Position numbers and translations under genes: made by a program. Shown here one piece after another: positions 1 to 9,933 of a stretch of 64,000 bases of DNA (position 1 is its first letter; the number at the start of each line of letters is the position of its first letter). The notes beneath the pieces were generated by a model, which saw only the letters and a program-made list of their open reading frames with translations, was not told the origin of the DNA and did no database searches. This DNA is from Monocercomonoides exilis PA203 (Eukaryota; Protista; Preaxostyla): the NCBI GenBank assembly GCA_001643675.2, contig LSRY02000023.1, forward strand, positions 372,001-436,000, given 5' to 3'.

Positions 1-3000
1 TCTGCTTTTTCTATTCGTTTTTTGAATTCTTCCTCGTTCTTCTTCGCTGCTTCTTTCGATTCGGTCAACTCTTTCTCGCGAAGCTGCAACTTCTCCAACT
101 CACTGTTTCTCTCTCTTTCAATCTCTTTCATCTTTCCCAATTCTTTTTCTTTTTCCTTTTCTGAATCTTTCAAGCTTTCCATCGCTTTTTCCTTTTCAGC
201 GTGTTTCTCCTTCCATCTTTCAATCTCGTTTTCTCTTTCTTTGTCTTTCAGCTTCATTCGCTCAAGTTCTATCAAAAACCCTCTCTCTCTGTCTCTGAGC
301 TGCTCCACCTCTTCTTCTTTCCTTCTCAATTGAGTCAGTTCTCTATCTCTTTCCTTCTCTCTCGCACGCTCTCTTTCGCGCAGCCTTTCTCTCTCTTGCT
401 CCAATTCTCTCCATTCCCAGTCATAATCCTTTTCTCCTCCTTTTGGCCTTGATACATCTCTGTCTTTCTCTCTCTCAATATCTCTATTGCGCTCTCTATC
501 TCGCTCCCTTTCCCTCTCTCGTTCTCGTTCTCTTTCCCTTTCTCTTTCCCTCTCTCGTTCTCTTTCCCTTTCCCTTTCTCTGTCCCATTCTCTTTCTTTC
601 TCTCTCGCTCTGTCGCGATCTCTTTCTCTCTCCAGCATCATCTCTCTCTCCAGTCCACTCGACACGCTGATTGATGGAATTGCCACTGGAGTTGGCTGAA
701 CAGTCACAGGCGCAGGCGCTGGTGCAGGTGGAGGTGGCTGAGCCATGCCAAGTATTGGCTGAACAGGAATTGTCGTTGTTGAGGCAAGAAGATGAGACGG
801 AATCACATATTTCTCTTCAACTTGCTTTTTCGCTTTCGCATCGTTGATCATCTCGAGCCAGTGCGCTCTTTCTTCTCTTCTTTCTTTTTCTCTCTCTTTT
901 TCCATCTGTCTTTCTCTTTCTCTTTCTGCCTCTCTCTTTCTCTCTTTCTCTCTTTCAGCTTCTCTTTCCTTCTCCTTTTCTGCTTCAATGTGCCGCTCAA
1001 TCTCCCTCTGCTTGTCTCTCAGTCGTTCTTCTTCTCGTTCTTTTTCTCGTTGTCTCTCTCTTTCTCTCTCTTCTTCTCTTTCTCTTTCTCTCTCCTTTTC
1101 TCTTTCGATTTCTTCTTCCCTCTCCTTTTCTCTCCTTTTCTCCTTTTCTTGTTCTTCTTCTCTTTCTTTCTGCCTTTGCTTTTCTCGTTCTTTCTCTTCT
1201 TCTCTCTCTCTTTGTCTTTGCTTCTCTCTCTCTCTTTCTTCTTCCCTTTCTTTTTGCCTCTGCTTTTCTCGATCCTTTTCTTCTTCTCTTTCTTTCGCTC
1301 GCTGCTTCTCTCTCTTCTTCTCCATTTTGCGTTCTTGTTCTCTCTCTTGTTCTCTTTCCTGTTCTTTCTCTTCTTCCTGAATGCGCATCTCCTCCAGCTC
1401 CTTCAGAAGTTCTGCTTCTCTTTCTTCCTCTCTCTGCTGTCCCGCAGCCCTTTCAGCTTGAAGCTCAGCAGCATGCTCCGCTCTCTCTCTCTCAATCAGC
1501 GCATTTGCCTCGTCCAACGTTTGCACCATCTTCGCTTCGCTTTCTCTCAGCGCCACAATCGTCGCCTCGTGCTCCACAATGGCAGTCTTCAGCTGTCCAA
1601 CCTCAGCTTCGTGTGCTGCTTTTGCTGTCTGCTCATTCTGCAGCAGAAACGCCACTTCTTTTTCTCTTTCCTCAATTTGCTCGTGTAACTGTGCAACCAG
1701 CTCGTTCAACTCTTTCAGCTCTTCCTCTTTCTGCTCCAGTGCTTCGCTCAGTTCCTTCTTTTTCTCTTTCATTTGCTTCAATTTGTTCATCGTATCCTTC
1801 TTTTCTTTTTCCATCGCTGTTTTTTCTCTTTCCAGCTTCTTCACTTTCCTCCCCAACTCCGATGACTCTTGCACAGCTCCTTCCTTTTCGGTGTCCAGCT
1901 GTTCTTTGTGCTCTTTCACTTCCTGAAGTTCTTCTTCCAATTCGCGCTTGTCTTCCTCCAGCTGCGCCTTTTCATCTTCCAACTGCTTTTTCTCATCCAT
2001 CAGCTGTTTTTGCTTATCTTCCAATCGCATTTTTTCGTCTTCCAATCGTTTTGTCTCTCCTTCCAGTTGTTTCTTCTCGTCTTCCAAATCTTTTCGTTCC
2101 TCGTCCAGTTCTTGTTTGTCTTCTGTCAGCAGTTTTTTCTCTTCTTCAAGACGCTGAATTCGTTCTTCAAGTTGCCTGTTTTTGTCTTCCAAGCTTTTGA
2201 TTTTTTCGTCAAATTCAACATTCCTCGCTTTATTATCTTCCTCGTGCTGCATTTTCAGTTCATTTGTTTGCTTCTCTAATTCTTCTTTCTCCTTTGTGAT
2301 GTCTTCCACTTTCTTATCAGCTAATTTTCTTCGTTCATCCATTTCTTCCATTTGCTTTCTCATTTGGCTGACTGCCGAAAAAGCTGAGCGCAGTCTGGCA
2401 ACAGACGCATGTGTTGCAGAAGACCTGACACTCGCTACGCTTTTGTTATCCTCAGAAGCTTCTTCAGAAGATGCGCCAGAAGACTGAGAAGACGTTTTCA
2501 ATGAAGATGATGATGAAGACGATGATGATGTTGAAGTCGCGGATTCTTCGTCTGGTTCAGATGCAGAAGAGTCGCTTGACGTGGCAGAAGAAGAGTCAGA
2601 GCTGCTCTCTGAATCCCTTTCGGAATAATAATCATCATCATCTGCATTGCGTCTCTTTGACTTACCGTGTTTTTCCTTGTTCTTTTTGCTTTTCCTTTTC
2701 TTTATTCTCTTGGAATTCGTTCCTAACAGTTCTCTTGCTCTTCTTTTTGTGCGTGAAGTCGACGGTGTCGGTGTGAATACAATCGATCGGGAATGTGTTG
2801 GCGTTTTCAAAAGTCGGTTCGCTGTTTTATGCATTCTTCCGGATGATCCTGTAGATTGACGTAAAACGCTTGGTTTTTCATCAGTTGCTTCGCCTTTGCT
2901 TCCTTTTTGTTTCTTCCTTTCTTCACTTTCTGCTTTTAACTCCTCATCTCCTTGCTCGTCTTCTCCGTTCCTGCTATCTTTCGATCTTTGACTTTTTTTG

Positions 3001-4376
3001 TTTCCCTTGCTGCTTCCGTTTTGGTCATCTTTTTCGTCTGCATCTCCGTCTTTTAAGTTCCTAAGATATTTGATTGGATCAAACGAGTCAAACAAGTCGG
3101 ACTCATGAAGCACGGAATTTTCCTCTCGAGACAACCTGCTTGCTTCATCTCCAGAATCTTCTCCTGCTTCGCTCGTTCCGTCGCTTTCGCTTTCATCATC
3201 GGTCGATTCATATTCGTCCTCTATTTCTTTTTTGTGTCTTTTGTGTTCCTTTTTTCTTCCAATGCTATGGCTGTCGTTCAATTTTCTGCTTCTTCCTCTT
3301 TTCTTTCCCACTTTCGAACGATTTTTATCATTTGAGTAATCTTCTTCCTCGTCTAACTGTCCAAAATTGTATCTGCTCCGTTTTGTTGTTGGAGATGGCT
3401 TGAAAAAGTCTTCTGTTTCTGGAATAAGAGTGACAGGCGATTCTGATATTGACCTTACACGCCTATGACGATGACGATGAGGCGTTGAAAACAAAGCGTC
3501 ATCTGGAGAAGGTGTTGAATCAGATAGTGTTTGCTTGTAGCTTTTATTGTTTATTGATTCATCTTTTTCTCTATTATCTTCAGGCGCTTTGATGCTTTTG
3601 TGACTTTTATTGCTGTTATGAATATTTTGCTTATTTCCAGCATGTAATGATGAATGGGTTGATTCATGAGATTTTAGGCTTCGAGATAAATGAGATATAT
3701 GAAGCGATTGTGACGAAAAAGACTTTGCAATCAATGGCGAAAGTGAACGTGAACGTGAAAATGCTGAAGATTCCTCTGAAGGAGGCTTTGTATCAACAAA
3801 TGTTACAAATGATGATAAAAGACCTCTTCTCTTTATTTCTTCAATTATTGCACCCTTCTCTCTCGATATTTTCTCTTTTTCTCGGATTTCCTCTTCAATC
3901 AATTTCTCTAAGTTTGCGTTACGTTCCCTAAGTAGTAATATTTCTTCGTTGTCCCCCAATTCCTTTGCTGACTTTGCAGATTGAAGCGAAATGATTTGCT
4001 TATTTAAATCAATTATGAATTCGTTCAGTTGTTGTTGATTTTCTTCCGCTGTAGCAAGTTGTATTTTGAGCAAATGATTTTCTTCAATTAATGATGCATA
4101 TTGTTCCATCTGCATCGTGGTCGAATTTTTTTGATAATCTTCATTTTTAATAAGTTCGTCTTGTTCATTGCTCTGAATTTGTTTTGATTCAATTTCATGC
4201 GTCATCGGAGATGACAACGATACCGGAGATGCATTAACAAAGGGACTGCTAAAAATAACAGGTGGAATATTGTAGAGAGGTGAAATTGGAGAAAACTGAA
4301 TCTGATTTGAAACTTCCTGCTGTTTTGGCGAGGAAAGTGAAAATGAAGAAGATGAAAAAGATGATTTTTGTGTCAT
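1..4376 (-). CDS. Large coiled-coil / charged low-complexity protein (>1450 aa, 3'-truncated by the window edge)
   Basis: ATG at 4376 (MTQKSSFSSSSFSLSSPKQQEVSNQ...). The same frame reads E/K/R-rich heptads at the window edge (...RIEKA). RE/ERE repeats at ~490-660 and ~870-1380. Absent from the ORF track, probably because no stop falls within the window; the many + strand S/L/F ORFs here are its antisense shadow. Frame was spot-checked at both ends, not at every codon. Confidence 0.85.
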   Translation of the reverse strand, partial: MTQKSSFSSSSFSLSSPKQQEVSNQIQFSPISPLYNIPPVIFSSPFVNASPVSLSSPMTHEIESKQIQSNEQDELIKNEDYQKNSTTMQMEQYASLIEENHLLKIQLATAEENQQQLNEFIIDLNKQIISLQSAKSAKELGDNEEILLLRERNANLEKLIEEEIREKEKISREKGAIIEEIKRRGLLSSFVTFVDTKPPSEESSAFSRSRSLSPLIAKSFSSQSLHISHLSRSLKSHESTHSSLHAGNKQNIHNSNKSHKSIKAPEDNREKDESINNKSYKQTLSDSTPSPDDALFSTPHRHRHRRVRSISESPVTLIPETEDFFKPSPTTKRSRYNFGQLDEEEDYSNDKNRSKVGKKRGRSRKLNDSHSIGRKKEHKRHKKEIEDEYESTDDESESDGTSEAGEDSGDEASRLSREENSVLHESDLFDSFDPIKYLRNLKDGDADEKDDQNGSSKGNKKSQRSKDSRNGEDEQGDEELKAESEERKKQKGSKGEATDEKPSVLRQSTGSSGRMHKTANRLLKTPTHSRSIVFTPTPSTSRTKRRARELLGTNSKRIKKRKSKKNKEKHGKSKRRNADDDDYYSERDSESSSDSSSATSSDSSASEPDEESATSTSSSSSSSSSLKTSSQSSGASSEEASEDNKSVASVRSSATHASVARLRSAFSAVSQMRKQMEEMDERRKLADKKVEDITKEKEELEKQTNELKMQHEEDNKARNVEFDEKIKSLEDKNRQLEERIQRLEEEKKLLTEDKQELDEERKDLEDEKKQLEGETKRLEDEKMRLEDKQKQLMDEKKQLEDEKAQLEEDKRELEEELQEVKEHKEQLDTEKEGAVQESSELGRKVKKLEREKTAMEKEKKDTMNKLKQMKEKKKELSEALEQKEEELKELNELVAQLHEQIEEREKEVAFLLQNEQTAKAAHEAEVGQLKTAIVEHEATIVALRESEAKMVQTLDEANALIERERAEHAAELQAERAAGQQREEEREAELLKELEEMRIQEEEKEQEREQEREQERKMEKKREKQRAKEREEEKDREKQRQKEREEEREREKQRQREREEEKEREKQRQKEREEEQEKEKRREKEREEEIEREKEREREREEERERERQREKEREEERLRDKQREIERHIEAEKEKEREAEREKERKREAERERERQMEKEREKERREERAHWLEMINDAKAKKQVEEKYVIPSHLLASTTTIPVQPILGMAQPPPPAPAPAPVTVQPTPVAIPSISVSSGLEREMMLERERDRDRAREKEREWDRERERERERERERERERERERERERERDRERNRDIEREKDRDVSRPKGGEKDYDWEWRELEQERERLRERERAREKERDRELTQLRRKEEEVEQLRDRERGFLIELERMKLKDKERENEIERWKEKHAEKEKAMESLKDSEKEKEKELGKMKEIERERNSELEKLQLREKELTESKEAAKKNEEEFKKRIEKA

Positions 4377-4776
4377 ATTTAAAAGTCTTTATGTTGAACT
4401 TAGCGTTCAACACTAAATTCAAAAATTCAAAAATTAAATGAATTGATCTGTTCCAAAAGAAAAATTAAAAATCACAACAATCGAAAAATCATGCGCAATA
4501 ATCAGTGAATATAATATATCACAATATTGCATTATTCAAAAAGAGATATAACAGTTAGTCAAGAATTATGAAAAAAAAAAATAAATCACTAATTAACACG
4601 CAATGCAACTCATAAAATAAAAATTCACTTTCATAATATATAAAGTCAAATATGCACATTCCATAATATCTTTCCTCAGTCAAGAACGATGTTGTGGCAT
4701 CAATGTTTTTATCGTTGATTGAACCAAATAATGCAATTTCTTTCTGTAAAACTCCACAAAAGCCAAAGAAAATTCC

Positions 4777-5572
4777 TCATCTTTCACAACACTTTTTAGG
4801 TTTTCCAAATGAATGGTTTGGCTCATCAACAATCACTGGTGGAGATTCTGGAGGAGGCTGGATTAATCTTTCTTCCGACTTCTGCAATATTGAACGAGTC
4901 AGACTAAGAATAAATAACAAATTTTTGCTTGGAAAAAAGGCACAAAAATTATGTAAAAGCATGTCATACATTTCAAAAGCTGAGGATATATTGTCGCTTG
5001 TTTTTGCTGAAGTTTCAATAAAATCAAATCCATGTTTATCCGCATAATTTTTTGCTTCAATTGTTGACACTTGCCTTTGAGTTATCAAATCTATCTTATT
5101 TCCAATTAACATTATCTGAACGTCCTCGGGTGCATATTTTCGAACAGTTATCAACCATTCTTGAACTTTTTCAAAAGAAATGAGATCAGTGCAATCGTAC
5201 ACAATCATTAATCCATCCTTTTAATAAAATAAATTATAAAAGGAAAAATTCTTCAAAAAGAAAACTCAGGAGGTCAAACAGCTCGTCTGTACGTTGTTGA
5301 GGGCATTGAAGAAAATAGTTCAGATCCTGCAGTATCCCAAAGATGGAGTGTAACAAATTGATCGTCAATTTCTACATTCACATCTCTCTATATTATATAA
5401 CAAGATAATGCTTGAATTTGGGAAAAAAGGCAAATACTGTATCAAGTCCAATTGTTGCGTTTGTGTTCCCAATGAATTCATCGTCAACAAATCTCAGTAA
5501 AATACTGGTTTTCCCAACGCTTCTTTGCCCAACCAATACAATGTTGAATGTCTGATGAATTTGTTCTGACAT
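4777..5572 (-). CDS. Rab-family small GTPase, divergent; 4 exons (introns 5388-5437, 5218-5279, 4904-4969)
   Basis: Spliced product has G1 GQRSVGKT, effector ATIGLD, G3 WDTAGSE, YRRA.G...VYD, G4 GNKID, G5 ETSAK and C-terminal KKCCER prenylation motif. GT-AG introns restore the frame. Confidence 0.93.
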
Positions 5573-6438
5573 CAAACAAATTAATCAAAAATTATCAAAG
5601 CTTTGATCCAAAACGATCATCAAAACAACAAAATTATTCACAAAATAAAATTTTCTGGAAATAATTCAAAACAACAAAATTATATCAAATTTTCTGTGAT
5701 TCAATTGTGTCTATGTCTCAAAAGACAAGACATATATTGCACAATGTGTGACGAAAGAATATTTCGTGAAAAAACTATTCTTTAATTAATATGGAATTAT
5801 CAATCTCTGGACTTCTGTTGATGCATTACACATATATTTGAGTCAACTGTTGATTAAGTATAAAATAGTTATCAAAATTTGTTTGATTGGGAAAGCCAAA
5901 ACGACAAAATAAAAAAAAGATATTTTTTGAAACACCATTTGTAATTTGAATTTGAAAACTATTCATTCAAAATTAGTTAACTGTTTTTTCAAAATCAATA
6001 AAATTCAGTATTTTTCTAAAAATTTTTTGAGATAAATCGGTAACTGGCCGAATGAAAAAGTGATGAAACTATTATATTCATTCAATATTCGAAATATTGA
6101 TGATAAATTGGACCTCTATAAATACTACTTTTCATTGAACATGAAAATTAACTTTTGCGACTTTTCAAAAAGAATTATTCATAATAGAAGTGATTATTTT
6201 TGAGATCATAACTTTTTTATCGAACGAAATTTTCGGTTTTCTGATTTTGTTTTGAACATTTAACTGATCCTTTTTGAAATCATTCTTTCGTTCGAGTTTT
6301 GATCAAAATTTTGTTTTCAATGGGATTTTGAAAAAAATGAGTTGAAATAGTGAACACTTATTGTTTATGACATTGCTTTTGCAAAAACAAATTTCTTTTA
6401 AAAATTCCATTGAAATAAATTTTTTGATCAAAACTCTA

Positions 6439-8114
6439 CAGATATTCACTATTCTCGTTAATTGATAATTCTTTTTATAAAATTGAAAAAAAAAACAAAG
6501 ATTTAATGAATATTTCGTTTCTTTTGTCATGTTTTTTTTGAAATGCTCCATGAAATTTGAATGAAAAAAAACTCTAAAACATATCAATTGTTCAAAAACA
6601 AAAATCTATTGCGGAAGTCCAAAATAAACTGGCATTCTGTCTATGTTCATTATTCCCCATTCCACTCCCTTTGTTTGTCTTGTTTTTCTTGTACATGACT
6701 GTGGCAATGATTTGTTGTCCAATATAACAATTTAGATCACCTTTTCGAAGCTTTCTTCGAAGATCTGCGCTGTTGAAGCAGTTTTTTGAAAATCATTCAC
6801 AAGTCCACTTTCTTTAAATGCAGAAAAAAATGTTGATCCATGAAGAAACTTGCAAAATTGCGTTCATTCCAACCCACAAAAGTTGTTTAACGCTGTCGTG
6901 TGTTGAACCCGACCTAACCTGCTGAATTTGAAGCTTCCAAAGAGAGAAAATTGATAAATCCAATGACTGCAGCAAATGTATTGTGTTCGAAGAAAAAACC
7001 AAAAGCAATATATTTTCATTTGCAAGTCGAGTCAATATATTATCTGACAGGTGGATTCTGCAACCATCAAGCATTAACACAGTCTGTGCATGCTTATCTG
7101 GTATAATCATTCTTTTGATGTTGATATGATAAATGAAAACTTTCTCAATCCAATTTTCAAACAACTCTTTTGTGAAAAAGACGAATTTCCGATTTCCACA
7201 CAACCATGAATTCCGGCTTGATTGCCTTGAGAATGAAGGGATCTTATGTTGAATGGTTTTTGCACCAGAAAACAAGGAGGAACAAAAGTTCCATCAAGCG
7301 AAATGCTATGGAGCAATGAAATCCTTTTTTCTCCTCTGTCCACGGGTGTGCGATCAATTTCACGATTTTTATTTGTTCCAACAATAAGGTTCACCTTTTT
7401 TGTATCTTCATAGGAATGATAACCTGATTCATCAGCACAGAAGATCATGGATGAATATTTTCCACACACATATTGAACCAAATGATTTTTCAAAATGATT
7501 TTGCTTTGTTCCGATATTTTCATTCTTTTTTCGTCTCTCACGCTTGAAGAGACGGCAATCAATTCCTCGCTATGCCATTTTATGAATGAAGAATGAAAAT
7601 TGTGAGAAGGAATTAAATGACAAACTTTCGCAAGAACGGCTCTTAGCGTTTTCGGTGTGATTTGCTTTTTTAAATCTTTTAAATTTTCAAATATTTCCAT
7701 GACTCGTTTTTCTTGTTTTCGAGTCGTCAACATGTTTTTTTCTCAACAACCTTTTTCAATATATATCCGGTTCGAATCTGGCAGACAAGGCTCGGTGTGC
7801 AGTTGAGTGCCTTTGCAATTCGCACGCAAGAAAAAATTTTGACTAAACTAATTTTGCAAGCGTTGAAGAAGGAACGAATTAGTGAAACTTTTGTTTTTGA
7901 TGTGTTTCGAGATAAGACGGATGAAATGAAGCGCATGTCTAATTTTGGAATAAATCCTGTTAAAACTGTTTCAAATGAAGATGTTATAAAAGTTGAAATA
8001 ACGAAAGGCATTTCCAATAAAAAGATAGACAAATAGTTTCAACTGAAACAACCATTATAATTTAAGAATTATTGTTACCAACATTTAACAATAAACATGA
8101 ATAGTGAGTGACTG
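6439..8114 (-). mobile_element. pogo/Tigger-type (Tc1-mariner superfamily) DNA transposon, decayed
   Basis: Imperfect ~33-bp TIRs: CAGATATTCACTATTCTCGTTAATTG... at 6439; reverse complement of the right end is CAGTCACTCACTATTCATGTTTATTG... TA on the left, TT on the right (mutated TA TSD). Contains a DDE_1 transposase. Confidence 0.82.
6620..8032 (-). pseudogene. DDE_1 (pogo/CENP-B-like) transposase pseudogene, frameshifted over three ORFs
   Basis: Motifs FCADESG, EKRISLLHSISLDGTFVPP, FENWIEKVF, LMLDGCRIH, NTIHLLQSLDLSIF spread over ORFs 7727-8032, 7107-7733 and 6814-7275. HTH-like RIAKALNCTPSLV in the first. The 3' coordinate is approximate. Confidence 0.88.
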
Positions 8115-8176
8115 TTACGAAAGAATGATTTCAAAAAGGATCAGCCATTTTTTTGATGAACATAGAATAGTGATAT

Positions 8177-8443
8177 GCGGGAAAACACGTCCTTTCAAGC
8201 TTTTTTTGCAGGAGGAATTGAAAAATTGCTTCACTCATAACTTTATATCGCTTTCTCAGATTTAGAAATAAATTTGATTTTCATATCCGTAAACAAACAT
8301 CGTTGAAATCAAAACAAAGAGTTTTCCAAAATTTCACGAATGTCAAAAAATGAAACAATTTTGTTGTGTTTTTTGATCTCTAAAAGTCATTGACAACTTC
8401 GTAATTTTTCCATAAAAATACATGAAACAAAATATTTTGCCCC
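8177..8443 (-). mobile_element. ~270-bp MITE-like dispersed repeat (family C)
   Basis: Reverse complement aligns with 58128-58392 and 58680-58948 (e.g. GGGGCAAAATATTTTGTTTCA, GACATTCGTGAAAT, GATATGAAAATCAAATTTATT, AAAAGCTTGAAAG). ATAT on both flanks. Confidence 0.75.
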
Positions 8444-8767
8444 ATATCTCCAATTTAAATTATCTCTGCCTTTCTTTTTTTATCAAACTTTAACTTTTGA
8501 TTAACTTGAACTTCATTTCACATAACCGTAACATATTATTATTCGACAACATAGAATTTTCAAAATTATCAACACATCGAAAATTGTTTTGATATCAAAA
8601 ATAATCATATATGTCACAATTTATTGATGAAATATTTTAAACAATTTTAATGAAATGGAAGCGTCATACACCAAAAATTATTCAATGTCGAAAAACTTAC
8701 AATCGAAATCGATATTTTAATAATTAAAAAAATATTGGAAAAAGAGAATTCAAAAAAAGAAATATAT

Positions 8768-9007
8768 GGCTAATTTTTTTTGAAAACCTTTCTTTGTATA
8801 ATTTTTTAATGAAATAAAAATTTCATATTTTCTTCAATTTTCTGTTCTCTCTCATGAAACTTTATAAAAATAGAAATAATACCAATGTCAAGATTTTGTT
8901 TTCATGACAGAAAAATTTGGTGAGTGAAAGCAGAAAATTGATTGAAATGTGAAATTTTTATTTTATTTGTAAATTAAATTAAAGAAACTTTTCAAAAAAA
9001 ATTAGCC
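8768..9007. mobile_element. 240-bp MITE (family B) with long imperfect TIRs
   Basis: GGCTAATTTTTTTTGAAAA ... TTTTCAAAAAAAATTAGCC, with inverted similarity over ~85 bp (e.g. TCAATTTTCTG / CAGAAAATTGA). ATAT on both flanks. Confidence 0.8.
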
Positions 9008-9464
9008 ATATCACAATTTTGTTTTTGTGATTATTATCAGCAATGTTTGTGCTATTGTTTTCTGCAAATTTTGAATATTACGAACCAAAATAAACTCAAA
9101 AATTAACTCGAAACAAAACTTAAAACATTTGTTGCCTTCCATTAGAAATGAGTTTTTTGATTTAAAAAACGCGAAATAAGAGAGATGATATTGCGAACAT
9201 CATTCTTTATTTATTGTGAAAAAATAAAAATAATATTTTTTTGCAAATCTTTCGAAAAGCAGTGTTCTTTCAATTGAAATAAGATAAAAATTTATCATTA
9301 TTCATCTCTTAAATACATTTCACAATTGTCCGAAATGAAGCTTAAAAAATATTGAAAAAGAGATGAAAAATCATTAAAATAACAAGAATCGTTGATAAAT
9401 CAAAACGAAAATATTTTTTGACTTTAATTGATTTTTGTCAAATTTTTGATATTTTGAAAATTCT

Positions 9465-9543
9465 CGAACTTTCGACTTTGCTTAAAAGTTTTTCGTCTTT
9501 GATTGAAAACTTTCGACTTTGATTGAAACTTTTTCGACTTTTA
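9465..9543. repeat. Degenerate tandem repeat, ~20-22-bp unit (AAAACTTTCGACTTTGATTG-like), ~4 copies
   Basis: TTCGACTTT/TTCGTCTTT recurs four times at ~21-bp spacing. Confidence 0.6.
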
Positions 9544-9933
9544 TATTATTATTCGTGGATAATATCAATTCGAAAAGACAGAAGTTTTCGACACTTCGAG
9601 TCTCCCACATTTTTTGATATCGCTCCCATACGTTATTCACTTTTTTTTTTTTTTTTTTTTTTGAAAACTTTCAGATATGCAACAGATATAATTTTTGTTT
9701 AAAAATTGCTGAACGAATAAGGAAAAAACGGTTTTCATAATTTCACAACTGCCAAAGAAAAATAATCAATGGATTTCGATTCATTTAGAAAATTATAACT
9801 ATTTTATAATTCTTTAACTGAAGATCCATCTTTTTTTCCTTTTTCAATTATAAATAACCCTCTAAAAACAATAACAAATATAAGTTCCTTAACGAAAAAT
9901 CGTTAAAATCGGTAATTATAAACTTTTTTTTAA

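Larger units (their letters stand above)
6262..8146. mobile_element. ~205-bp MITE (family A) split by a pogo-like insertion
   Basis: 28-bp perfect inverted repeat 6264-6291 / 8117-8144. ATTT on both flanks (6258-6261, 8147-8150). Removing 6439-8116 gives an element matching the intact copy at 57804-58008. Confidence 0.8.

Noticed and set aside
22-3931. Numerous + strand S/L/F-rich ORFs
   Set aside because: Antisense shadows of the purine-rich coiled-coil gene on the - strand.
6264-8144. The 28-bp perfect inverted repeat as the TIR of the pogo transposon
   Set aside because: It belongs to the host MITE; the pogo element has its own CAG-starting TIRs at 6439 and 8114.
9465-9543. CRISPR-like array
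   Set aside because: Head-to-tail degenerate units with no unique spacers, no cas genes, eukaryotic context.
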